A DNA stretch of 64,000 nucleotides. Origin: Malacoraja senta. Taxonomy: Eukaryota. Shown in pieces: positions 39,627-55,700 of the stretch. The position numbers and the translations under genes are program-made. A model generated the notes under the pieces. The model was not told where the DNA came from, did not search any database, and saw only the letters and a list, made by a program, of their open reading frames with translations. The stretch lies in NCBI GenBank assembly GCA_038087875.1, contig CM075992.1, positions 1,552,001 to 1,616,000 on the forward strand. Reading direction: 5' to 3'. Each line of letters opens with the position of its first letter. Position 1 is the stretch's first letter.

Positions 39627-39997
39627 CTAACTCAGCGGGACAGGCAGCATCTCTGGAGAGAAGGAACGGGTGACGAGATATATATACGCATACATTGGTA
39701 CATATGCGTGGACTGGTTCTTGGTTTCTTGGTCCTCCAAAATATTCCAAATGGAATTTATACTGGAGGTGGTGGAGGGAAGAGGGAAGTGATGGAGGGAT
39801 AGAGAGAGAGAGAGAGAGAGGGAATGTCGGGCTACTTGAAGTTAGAGAAATCAAAATTCATACCACTGGGCTGTAAGCTAGCTGCCTACATGCATTGTTC
39901 TTTATCTTTCCACATCTTAGTCTATATCTCTCGTTTTCCCCATCCCTAACCAGTCTGAAGGGTCCCGACCCAAAACGACAACCATTCCCTCTCCAGA
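39627..39997 (-). mobile_element. Penelope-like element 3' remnant (end of GIY-YIG ORF plus inverted terminal repeats)
   Basis: Minus strand 39879-39832 encodes SLQPSGMNFDFSNFK*, which resembles the C-terminus of Penelope-like ORFs. It is followed by a CT-rich tract and the same terminal sequence as the hammerhead-bearing short elements. An inverted copy sits at ~39895-39997. Confidence 0.6.
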
Positions 39998-40554
39998 GAA
40001 GGGTGTTCAATTCAATTTTTTTTTCAATTCAATTCAATTTTATTGTCATTGCACAGATACAAGTATGGGTACAACGAAATGCAGTTTAGCGTCTGTTCAT
40101 AGTAATATTGCAATATAGAAATAAAAATACAGAATAAGAATAATATACAGAATAAAAATACAGAATAAGCAAACAATGTGGACGGAGAGACTGGAGAAAT
40201 CTATCGGGCGGGGACTCCGAGTTCAGCAATGTGATAGTGTTGTTGAAGAAGCTGTTCCTCATCCTACTTGTACAAGACCCGAGGCTTCTGTACCGCCTCC
40301 CTGATGGGAGGAGGGCAAACAGTCCATGGTTAGGGTGGGAGGGAGGGGTCCTTGATGATCTTCCCGGCTCGTCAGTTTGGAGGTATTGAGGGAACAGGAC
40401 AGATCCTCCGAGATATGTACCCCCGAAGTGAAGGGATTGCGAGGGAAGAATTCTGCTTCTTCTTGTGTATGACGCGCACAGCCTAAAGTTGCAGGGGCAA
40501 CTTGTTCTATTTGATCTTATTTGATTGTGCGTGCCGGGTTGATCGCATTATTAG

Positions 40555-41585
40555 TAGGTATGTTACAAAACTTACCTTCAGTCGCGCTGTAATTCTGCCA
40601 CTGGCCGTGTGCGCGATTTTGGCGCCTTTAGGGGGGGCGGGGTTAAAACGCGGGTTTCTCCTACCTTGTCCTGGTTAATATTTTGTTGGAGTACAAGCGT
40701 TGGCTGACAAATCGTTCCTAGTGGCGATTTGTGAATTTTCTATTTTTATTAAATCGTCAATGTCAGCGCTAGAGTAATTTTAAAAGCAGCTCCTGAAGCG
40801 TCAACGCCGATAACGGGGACGGATTTCACACACGGGACAGGTAAACGAAAGTGGTTTCTTTAAATGTATAAAAGTGCTTCTTAAGAAGCCTTTAATTCAC
40901 ATTTTTTCATGCGACACGGTGATTTTATTCCCCGAATTAACGGCAGTATTTTTCATGCCAATACGGGGTTAAATTCACCGCAAATGAACGTTCCAAATGA
41001 TCGCGTTCCAGAAATCCTCACTCGCAAGATGAATTAAATGCCCATTAATTTACAGGTATTAAACATTCAATTCCTTCCATTTGGCCTGTAAATTCATGAA
41101 AATTAGATTTAAAAATTATGTTATATTGTGAATTATTGTGTGAATGTTATTTGGACACTTAGGTTATTTAAAAATGTTAATCTATTCTTAAGAAATTGAT
41201 AGATGTTTAGATCTAGTAATTGAATTTTGTCAATTAGGTAACTAACTAATTATATGCTTTACTTTCATGTCTTCGAAGTAAGATTGTTTCATATTAGTTT
41301 CAGAATGCTTCAATCTATAATAACTGAAAATTTCTTTCAGTTATCATAATTTTTAAGAAAGTTATGGGCTTTTGACTGTCCTCGATCACAGCTTTTGTGT
41401 TAAGTCAATGGAAAAGCAATAGGGAACTAGATGCTAATTTCTGAGTATGATAATGGCCATAACTTTTTTAATACTGAAGATATGAAAGTGAATTAAGTGT
41501 CAAATTAAACTTATTTTTATGCTTTATCTGATGGGATAAATTGCAGACTTTATTTTTTAAATCTCAAAATTTTGTAACATTGCTA
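40555..41585. mobile_element. ~1.03-kb non-autonomous DNA transposon with TIRs and target-site duplication, nested in an older repeat
   Basis: Left TAGGTATGTTACAAAA vs right (reverse complement) TAGCAATGTTACAAAA. ATTATTAGT is repeated at 40547-40555 and 41585-41593. Confidence 0.8.
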
Positions 41586-41678
41586 TTATTAGTGGAAACC
41601 CGTCACAGGGCGGACCACATGAAGGTTGCAATCTCCCACCCCAGGTGAGAAATGAAGTTGTCTGAGGTAAAAAGTTCG

Positions 41679-42600
41679 ACGACCGACCGACGACCGACGA
41701 CCGACCACCGACCGCCGACCACCGACGACCTCCCTCGCGCGCCTGCAATTCAAAAGCAACGGTCGGGCGGCCCCGCCCCCCCGCGGATGAATGACAACGA
41801 CCCTGACCAATCGGCGCGGGGTCTACGCGGCCCGCGGCCAATGGGCGGAGGGGATAGGCGGGACCTCCGGTTTGTGCAGCGGTGCCTGGCGGATAATTGA
41901 CAACCTCCCCCCGCCAATCAGCGCCGGGTTTAGCAAGCCGGCAGCCAATGGGCGGGGAGGGAGGCGGGACTTCCGGCGTGCGGAGCAAAGGCCTGTCGCT
42001 GCTCGGAGGGGCAAAGCGCGGGCTGGAAGAGCGCGGGAGCGGCTGGAGGAGGCGGAGGCGGCGGCGGCTATACCTGGAGCACAGGTACCGGCCACACAAA
42101 CACGCACACGTCTTTGCTCTCCCACTTGGTGGACAAGCTGTGGGCACCCGGTGCGCGGCCATTGCGGTCGGGGCGAGGGGGCGAATGCGTGTGATGGACG
42201 GCACCGTTAACCTGTAGGATGCAGGGGCGGGATCTAGCGAGGGGGGGCGGGCGCAGCCCGATTGACGGGCGCGACAGCCAATGAGAAGTCGGCTAGCAGA
42301 TGAATGGGCGGGTTCACCGCGATGGGCAGACCTGGCAGCCAACGGGACGCGAGTGAGCGAATAAGGGGCGGGTGGACGCCGTGATCGACTGTCGGAACAG
42401 CCAATGAGAAGGGGGGCCAGCTAATGAGGGGCGGGGAGAGTCGTTGACTGGGATGCGTGGCAGCCAATGGGAAGCGGGCTAGTTAACGAGGGGGCGGGAT
42501 GTCACGGTGATCGACAGGCCGGGCGGCCAATGATCGGTGCAGCAACCAAATGGGCGGGGCGAGCTGACAGCGTGGCCTGGAGTGAGTGGTCCAGGCTCGC
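41679..42600 (+). promoter_or_regulatory. CpG island / ELOF1 promoter and non-coding exon 1 (donor CAG|GTACCG at 42084/5)
   Basis: Very GC- and CpG-rich. CCAAT at 41807, 41838, 41914, 41945, 42278, 42401, 42464 and 42527. Many GGGCGG boxes. ETS-type ACTTCCGG at 41969. Confidence 0.8.
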
Positions 42601-42611
42601 CTATAATCCCA

Positions 42612-42833
42612 GCTACAGGCAACAGGCTACAGGCTACAGGCAACAGGCAACAGGCAACAGGCAACAGGCAACAGGCAACAGGCAACAGGCTACAGGCTAC
42701 AGGCTACAGGCTACAGGCTACAGGCTACAGGCTACAGGCAACAGGCTACAGGCAACAGGCTACAGGCAACAGGCTACAGGCAACAGGCTACAGGCTACAG
42801 GCAACAGGCTACAGGCAACAGGCTACAGGCAAC
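42612..42833. repeat. Heptamer tandem repeat (ACAGGCW)n, ~31 units
   Basis: Mixed acaggca/acaggct units directly after the CpG island. Confidence 0.95.
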
Positions 42834-45800
42834 CATCCGTGTACGCTTCAGGTCCAACGCCCCATGCTCAGACTTGCTCTTCCTTGTGACAGCTGAGGCC
42901 CAGCTCTGCTTCTTGGCCCGGGTGAGCTGCGTCTGGGCGCCTCGGCCTTTAATTCAGTTTATTATCACGTGCAACGAGGTGCAGTGGAAAGCTTTAATTG
43001 CAGCGGAAAGGCAATACAATCGAGCCATTCACAGTGTACAGGTAGATACATAGAAACATAGGTGCAGGAGTAGGCCATTCGGCCCTTCACCGCCATTCAA
43101 TATGATCATGGCTGATCATCCAACTCAGTATCCCAACCCTGCCTTCTCTCCATACCCCCTGATCCCTTTAGCCACAAGGGCCACATCTAACTCCCTCTTA
43201 AATATAGCCAATGAACTGGCCTCAACTACCCTCTGTGGCAGAGAGTTCCACAGATTCACCACTCTCTGTGTGAAAAAAAAAATTATCATCTCGGTCCTAA
43301 AAGACTTCCCCCTTATCCTTAAACTGTGACCCCTTGTTCTGGACTTCCCCAACATCGGGAACAATCTTCCTGCATCTAGCCTGTCCAACGCCATCAGAAT
43401 GTTGTAATTTTCTATAAAATCCCCCCTCAATCTTCTAAGTGATACCTGATGATATATCTTTAGGTCTTCTCTATGATTCCTCCTGATGACCTGAAACATT
43501 AGCTCATTTTGTCTTTCAGGAGAAGTTATCTGACCAGTTGAATGTTTCGAGCTTTATTATTATTATTTCAGTGATTCCAAAGCTTGTTCCCCCCCATCTC
43601 CACATCAACATCACAGTTTCAGAGGTTAATGTAACGTTCCTGCACTGTACCCACAATAATCCTTTGGCACATGCCATCAACGTTAGTGAACCTCTTACTT
43701 GGCTGTCCTTTTCAAGAAAGAGTGAGATTTAGCTCGTAGGGCTAAGGGAATCAAGGGATATGGGGAAAAAGCCCGAATTTTGGATGATCAGCCATGATCA
43801 TATTGAATGGTAGTGCTGGCTCGAAGGGCCAAATGGCCTACTCCTGCACCTATTTTCTATGATTCCCTCTCTGGTGTCCTCCCATGATGACTACTCTTCT
43901 TCCATCCCTGGGTTATGTTGGTGTTCTCCACTGTTACATCCGTTTGGCCCTGTCGGCTCCATTGCATCCAAATGTCCATCCAGCGTGTATTTTTATAATC
44001 CGAATGAATCCTGAGGAGGGCAATTTTTATTTGATTACAATTTACTTTATATGGGTGTGACTGCAGGTTCGCTTATTTATGTTCCTTTTAAATATATAAT
44101 ACTTGTTTTATTTGGAGGCTAGTAATTGACCAGCACAGAGGGCACCTGTTGGTAATATAATCTAGGTAATCTGTCTTGTTGATTGCGTGGGGGAAAAATG
44201 CCTTGGCTAGAACATGGAGGCTAACTCCTGGGCTCGTATTCAAGATGTTGCTTCTGAATGATGGCCCCTGTGACAATGTACCCAATCTGTCCCTTCCACT
44301 GAGTACTGTCCCTCTCAGCCTCTCTTCCCCTGAAGGTGTTTGTGTCCAATTTTTGTATCAGAAGTGCCACTTGCATGCACTGCAGCTTTGCCTTGGGGTT
44401 ACATGCAGCATGGCATATCAGATTATCAAACTTGGGCAATGCCAAGGGGGGGGGGGGGGTTGTGAAGGAAGGGGAAATAAGATAATCACCTTCCATTTTC
44501 TGTTGGAAACATGGTTGTGTGTCACGCCACACATGTACTCATTGAAATCCCTGTCTTTTCACAGGGAGTGGAATGCTGCTGGAAAAGTTTACAGCTATGA
44601 GTTGCTGATATACTGAACTGAAGCTGACATTTTGAACCTTGGGTGGATTTGGCAAAGTGTTGAGGTGTTATTGCATTGCTGCACAGGTCAGTACTGCCAT
44701 TCACTTGGGTTGATTCTCCTCGAATGGCCTGACGGCAATGGCTTTTCCACTGCACCAAATTTCTGTGACGTCTCAATGTATTAGAGATCAAGCAGGTGAT
44801 AATTGTATTTTTGCACTGGTAGAAATTACCGACTGTTCACACTGATGGGGGAAACCCTCACCACGTAGTGCTCTTTAGGGCAAGCCGGAGTGTGCTGGTC
44901 CACTTTCACCTGTGTACGCCCCTTCACTAAGACTCCCTTCGTTTGTGGGATTCGATAAATCTATGAAACTCAGAACATTTAACAATTCTCAAAGTGCTTT
45001 TTTTTATTGTGTTACAGGTCAATGTATTTACCAGAACCAGTAAAACCAACCATGGTTGTTGAAAGATTATTCTGTGGATATTATGATAACAATGCTGCCG
45101 TTTATAGAGGCTTTAGCTGCAATTTATAACTTGGACTTTAACCTGAATTAGATGGGGCTGTTTGATGCTTGGGTTCTTCCCTTTTTAACCTTGATAAACT
45201 GGTTTGTGAGTTGATATCGCTTCAAGATGTCACAACTCCATTGAATGTTTGCAGTAAAATGGCACATTGGAAAAGCTAATGTTTGCTGCAGGCAGATCTG
45301 GTAGGAGAGGTTGCCTGGGTGATCACTCCATTTGCACAGGACTATGTATCACTCCCAGCTAAATCTGCAACCCCTAACCTAATCTGGATAATTTCAGATA
45401 TCAATGTTCTGATAACGTTGATGCTAAAGTTGCATATTTTAGTTGTGTAAACTAGTGAAGTACCTAAATGTGGAGGCCTTAAACTTGTTGTTTCTTCTCC
45501 ACCTTCTAAGCTCTGGTATTGGCTCTAAATAGTTGGAGAAAGTGTGTTCTACATTTGTACAGGGTCTCAATTTGTGGTTTAGAGACTCCACATAGTTAGT
45601 CAGATAGGTTATTTTAAAAAGGCTGTGGGTGCCCAGAACTATCTATATAGTAATAGGGTTCTGCTCCATGTTGGCTTTTTTCACTCACCTGAAGAGTGTT
45701 ACAGATGTTGGTGTAACCGCAAGGCCAGTAATTGTAGCTTATCACCAAATGCCCTTGAGAAAGTGTGAGGTGAGTCACAACTTGGAACTGATGCAGTCAA

Positions 45801-46917
45801 TCTGCTGAAATTATTTCTACACTTTGAGGCAAGGCATTCCGTGAATTAGATCTAGGAGTACTAGGTATGGTGATGTACTTGCATGTCACACTGATGTGTA
45901 CCTTGGAAAGAAACACGGGAATTGTGTTGGCAGTTCTCTGCTGCTCCGGCCTTGGGGTGGCAGGTGCTACCTGAATAATTCTGATCCTTTAGGATGTTCT
46001 TTTAGGAAGGAGATGAGGAAAAAATTCTTTAATCAGAGGATGGTGAATCTGTGGAATTCTTTGCCACAGAAGGCTGTGGAGGCCGTCAGTGTATATTTGT
46101 AAGGCAGAGGTGGATAGATTCTTGATTAGTACGGGTGTCAGAGCTTATGGGGAGAAGGCAGGAGAATGGGGCTAGGAGGAGAGATAGATCAGCAATGATT
46201 GAATGGTGGAGTAGACTTGATGGGCTGAATGGCCTAATTCTTCTCCTATTCCTAATGATACTTGTGCCTGTTGAGTTTGTAAAACCCTTTTATTTTCCAA
46301 ATTCCATTTGCCAATCCAATTTAATATTGAAATAGTTTCTGCTTCAGTAACTAACTATAGTCTTGACTATTTATTATTTGGATAACTTAAAAAAGGATGA
46401 TTCGATGTCACAAAATACACAAGCCCTCGAGTTCAGTAAGTATTGAGTTAAGATTCCCATCTTATATAATCTTTCTGAAAGGACGGGACTTACAGTAGAG
46501 TTGCCTTGCTGAACCTTTTTATAAACTTATCATCCAAAATCTTGCTGCTTTCTTAACTTGGATCCAGTTTCATTTGTCTCTACCTAAATATACTCCCAAT
46601 CTCACTTGATTTTTATAATTCTCAACCTAGTTTCGAAATTCTCTTTACCCATGGACTTTCCTATTTCTAATCACTAGCTGTGTAATGGAGGTCTCTGATG
46701 GTTTTGTGGGAGATGTTACATTTCCCTCTGCCCAAGTCATGACAACATTTCAGTGATGTTTGTGAAGGGCATACTGTAACCCCGTGACCCAACAGGGTGC
46801 TCTTAATTCTCCGCAGATGTGGAGCAAGCAGCCATGCCAGCCTTTTTATTACTATGTATGGTTACAATATTATCAGAAGTTTTGAAGTATTTCCCACTGT
46901 GTCTTGCAGAAGTTCCA

Positions 46918-50006
<3,089 letters not shown>

Positions 50007-52729
50007 TTTTGCCTCAAGTACTGTGTGTTTTACTTGGCAGTGCTTTTTTTTTTTGCTGACTGTAAATAATAGTTAATGTGGAATCTTCTGTAATACTTTG
50101 GATGGTTTCAGGGTGTTATTAAAAGTTTAGAATTCTTCCATTCACTTTGTGTGCTCTTTCATTTTAATAGGTTATCATTGCCCTTCCAAAATGGGAATGG
50201 TTGGTTGCTATTCAGATTCTATCTTCTTGGGGTGAGGATGACTTGGTTCCATTTTTGTTTTAAGGTATGGAAGATGTCTGTTAATCTTGATGTTGGGTGG
50301 TCATTTGCATACTAGCTGCCACAGATCTTGACAGAGTGAGGTCTTGGTTCAACGGGATGGACATCCAAATGTGGAACATTTCGTGGATAGTCAGATACAT
50401 AAATGCACAACTGTGCTTCCTTCTCCTTGCCCCCAACTTGCATCCTGGTCAGGTCTATTTTTAGTCCATTCTGCTTCCTTCTCTAGCACTCTTATCCCTC
50501 CTTTCTTAGTCCTCCTATCTCTCAGCTCCTTCTTCCTTTCTTTCCTCCTCCATTTTCCTTGTTTACTCTTGACCTTCCCTGAACCTTCGCCCATTCTTCA
50601 GGTGTTACATTTTGGGAAGTCAAACCCAAAAAAACAAAACAGAGCAGGCCCTTCTCGGTGTATGGTTTCCTTGCCCAATGCTATTGTTGGGTGAATAGAT
50701 ATCTCCATGACATGTTGGGTCTAATGCAATATTGTTCCAATGTAGCATAATGGAAGATGCAAGTCTTGTTCTGATGCACGGCTGTTAAGGGTATGTGATG
50801 TTGTTCAGATGTGATTTAGTGTGGGAGTGCCTGTTCCAATATACAGTTCGGATGACATACCTGGGGATTGCAAGACGTATGTTAGTCGGGAGTCTTTGTG
50901 TAACACTGCACAATTCAGCCTTTTGTGGAGTGGTCCCAAAGTGTTGTGTAAAATAAATGATATCCGGTTGTTCCAATGTAGCCTGGAGAAAATAGACTGG
51001 AGCCACGTCCAATTCAAAATGTACACTCTGAATTTATTAACCAACACTGAGTGATGTGGTATGCTATGGATTTATTAAATAGTGTATGCTTTGGATTCAT
51101 TAAGCTTGATGCACTCTAGTGTAGAACAACAAGACATTTCACATTCAGTTTACTGCAGTAAAAGGACTTTTAATTAGTCACAGGAGATTAACAGTTCAAC
51201 CACTGCTGTCAAACTATCACATGCCTGAACATCAAACAAAGAATTGATAGCACCTGAAGGTTTCCAGATATGTTTGGTTAAACACTGGTGTAATTTTGTT
51301 TACCACTCTTTCATTACCCATTGACTTATTCTGCAGTGGCAGCCAGGTGGACATTAAACTGGGGAATTGATACCGAAACTTGTGCCCAGTGTTAGGTCTG
51401 TGCAGGGAGGCAGGGCACAGCTGAAGCTCAGCCTGAGAGACTTGGTTATAGATTTTTTTTAAAGCTAATAAGAGTCTTTTATGAAAGATGTGCTCCTTGG
51501 CTGAATCTGATTTCAGGCCTTGGTCTGCTACATTTTTGCATCTTCACAATGAACGAAGTAAGAAAATAGTTGCCCATGTTACAGTTGATGCTGTCACAGT
51601 TTTATTGAATATAAATATTATCCTCCGTTTACCTGTGTAAGGTTTATCACAAGTCCTTTGGTTGGATGTGGTTCTGTACAAAGAGTGAGCCAGCTAAAGT
51701 TCCAATAAAGCCTGATCTCAGCCTTTGCCGTTCTTGCAAAGTTCAACTCTGATGTTTGTCTAAATCTGGGAGGGTTTCGAGTTTGAAAAGGCAAGTGTTT
51801 TGGAGCAGATTCAATTCTGGATCTCCAACTGTTAGTTATGCTGGATTTAGATACTTGATGCATTGCTTTAAAAAAAAAAAGCATCTCTAAATGAAGAAAC
51901 TAATCTAGGCGCTGCTAAAGTCCATCTATCGTTTCCTGCTTTTACTGTAGTTACTGGATTAGTGCTGAGTTGGTTAAGATGGTTTAACCCTTAGTGATGG
52001 TTTTCTCAGTTCTTGTTTAGCAGCATAAACATTTAACTATGATGGAAACTCAACGTTATCAAAGTTGGCTTAATGAAACACCCCACATTCCCAGTGACAC
52101 CGGGCATTTCACGGCTCCATATTTTACAAGAGTTGTAATTGTATATTTAAATCCACCAGTATCCATGCTGTTAATCATACAACATGGCAATGTTGGAATA
52201 ACCGATGGTTCAGGTGGAGAGGGTGGGAATGAATGTTGAATCGGTAAATTACCTTCTGGTATATATTGGAATTGGAAATCCAGTCCTGTACAACATATAT
52301 CAGTCTGATAATAGCATTCATGAAACTCATTCTGAGTATGTGACTGAAGATTTGGGATTGTTCTATAAGACCTGATATGTTTAAGCTCTTTAAACCAGAT
52401 CTAACCCAATCGTTGCATAGCCTTTTGCCAATTATTGCATTTTCTTGCTTTCTCCCATAATTTCAAGTTCATTGGCCGGCCCATCACTGGCTCGGGTGGA
52501 TAGCAAAATGGGGTGCCTGCCTACTCATTTTTGGTATTGGTGCTGGCCATGGGTTTCTGCAGCAGTGTGCATTGGCAGGGAAGTGTTCTGTGTAGCAGTG
52601 CCCAGGGTTAACACATGGGTATAGATGGGGGGAGGCTTTCACTGAGCATAGGGTTTTGTAGTGAAGGGATACGTAAGGCTGCAATGCACATTTACACAAG
52701 TCAGTCCATTAAGCAGTGTCGCTGCGTTC

Positions 52730-55700
52730 TTACTCAAAGTCCTGATAGATTTGCCTTGGACGGTTGCCATCCGTGGACTGGATTTGTTGGTAGTCGCACT
52801 CGCTGTATTCTGAGTCGCCTGCCAACTGGATGCCGTCTTCGTTGGGGAAGTTGGAAGGGGAGCAGTACTTTGGGTCATATACCTGCCGGCTCAGCCCATA
52901 CACAGTCATTCCTTTCTGTGAGGCCCCCAGATTTGTTCCCATCTGTAGTGACACGATGCTGGAGTCACATTTTTCAGTGCCCAGCTTGTTATCAACAATG
53001 TGTCTCCGTGTCCCCGGTGCTGTCATTCCAGCCTAAAAACAGCAATCAAATAGGTTGGAAAAAGATCAGTGTAAACTGTATTATTTCTCACCCAATCTTC
53101 CACATCCATTGAGTTACCATTGTGACCTTGTTCATAACCTGCAACATCTATATAGTTCTTCCAACCTGCTCCATCCCCTGCCATATTCTCCACTCCCATT
53201 CAACCATACCAATATCCTCCACTATCACCTTTTCCATTAGTGTCTATCGGAATTATAGGAACAGCGCACTGCAATAACATGATTCTTCCACAGCTCTGAA
53301 TAGGTTAACAATTCTATTGAAGAATTGGAGGATGATGAGATTCCATTGTCACACAAGTAGAACTGCTACCTCACAGCGTCAGAGACCCGGGTTTGATCCC
53401 AACCTCTGGTGCTATCCGTGTGGAGTTTGCACGTCCTCCCTGTTTCCTTCAGGTGCTCCCACATCCCGAAGATGTGCGAGTTTGTAGTTTAATTGGCCTC
53501 TGAAAATTGCCCTAGTGTGTCCGGAATAGACTAGAAAGTGGGATAACATAGAATTAATGTGAAGGGATGACGGACGGTTGGTGTGGACTTTGTTGGCTGA
53601 AAGGGCCTGTTTCCATGCTGTATCTAAAATGTTCATTTGAACGCGTCTTTCTGATCTCATTCCTGTGCATGCTGTTCCCCGTACCTGTGATGCCCCTTTG
53701 TTGGTTCCCATTTGGAGGCTAATGGTTGTCTGGTCAAGAGGCTTCTCCACTCCGGTTTTAGAATCATACAGATGCCGTCTGGTACCGTAGGCTGTCATAC
53801 CTTGCTGGCTGGCAAATTTATTTGTCCCCATCTGAAGGAAAAAGAACAAGTGAAAAATATACATAAGATGGAATGAAAACTTGCCATGTTGGTGAATACA
53901 ACGTCTTGCGAAGAACCCAACTGATGGAGTGAAGTTTGTTCACTAATTGGTTAGTCCCTCCTTTTGAGAGCAGAACATTAAAAAAAATAGGTGCAGGAGT
54001 AGGCCATTCATGGCGGATCATCTAAAATCAGTACCCCCTTCCTGCTTTTTCCCCATATCCCTTGATTTGGGGAAATCAAGGAACAATATCTGCCTCTTGT
54101 TTAACGCTAATAGAATGATCTCAATTAAATCAAAACTCTGCATTGGTTGTCTCCACCCTCCTATTATCATTGCCTGCTGTTACCCTCTCTCCCATCCATG
54201 TGGTCTCAGGTGATTGCTCCCACGGATCTGCCAATGGAATAGCCATCACTAATTCTCTCCACGTCACCCTCCACAATAGCTGTTCTTACGAACAAGACCT
54301 GCATTATGGATAATTTAAACAGTCTCCTAATGATGCCTTCCTATGCCTGGTTATAGCTTCCCACCACCTGGCTCACTCAACATCAGTGGCCGCTCCCGAT
54401 GGCAAGGTCAGTCCATACCTGAAGTCCAATGATGTTCTGTCCTGCTTTCAGTGTCTCATTATTAAAAACGCGTTGCTGCTTCTCTGCATATCTGATACCA
54501 ATATCCGATTTGGTGTGGTACCCTTTCGTCTTTGCCTGTGTGAAATAAGAGATTACCTTAGCCGCAAGAGAAGAGTGGGTCAGATGTTCTATTAAATAGT
54601 TGCGGAGCTTTTTGATTAAGGTGGTCACTGTAGAGGCACTCACCAAACTGGCTAGGGCCATGAGCGTGGTCTGAACTTGAGTCAAGTTGCAATTCTCATA
54701 CAAGTCGTTGGCCTCAAAACTGTCATGAAGCTTCACGCCATATTTTGTCATTGCTTTGAGGAAGTTTCCGATATTCTCCAACTGTGTGGAATAAAAGCAA
54801 TTGTGATGACCAAGCTGCCGATAGCAATTGGCTGCACATTCTAGCAGTTGTGAATACCCAGTATTAGGGGCTGTTTCTACCAGAGAATCGCCTGCTGCCA
54901 CGCAAGTTTAGAAAAACTAGAGCTTGAGTTTTACAATTTTAACTATTTTTTAACAAAATGGATAAAAGTCCAAATCTCAACATAGAAATATTTTTCATTG
55001 GTAAGATTTATACCAATACTAAATCTTAAGCTTGCAGAATTAGTTTGGCTTTCAGATTGATGCAAGTGAACTATTGATCAATCCATTTATTTCAAAACAA
55101 AGAGCTGGAGGAACTCAGTGGGTCAGGCAGCATCTGCAGGAGTGGGTAGGCAACGTTTTTAGTTGGGACAGTTCTTCCAACACTATAGTGGTGTGATAAT
55201 AATAATAATAATAATCATTTTATTTACTGGCGCCTTTCTAAAACCCAAGGACACCTTACAATGCATAGAATCACAAAAAAATACAAAACACATAATCGGA
55301 ATAAATTAAATATAAAAACACCACAGTACACAAATCAAGGACAGAATTCAATTTCAAGAGCAAAGACAATCGGAAGAGTATAAAGGCAGGTGAAAAAAGT
55401 GGGAAAACAAAGCTGTGTGCAATTAAAACCATAGGAAATTAAGATTTCTGTTGAAGATTTTCACTAGAAATATTGTAAAGATTTTAACTCAATGGGTGCT
55501 TCAGGCAAACATCTAGTTATCCTCGGTAAATGGAAACCATCTTGAACTCAACCACCCCTTTCTAGCTCCAAACCCCCTATCGACTTCAAAGAAACATTGT
55601 GACTGTTCCTGTCCCCCCCCTCTCCCCCCCCACATCAGTCTGAAGAAGGGCCTCGACCCGAAACGTCACCTATTCCTTCGCTCCATAGATGCTGCCTCAC

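Noticed and set aside
41557..42896. Long ORFs (up to 261 aa) over the CpG island and heptamer repeat
   Set aside because: Stop-poor GC-rich or repetitive sequence; low-complexity products with no domain.
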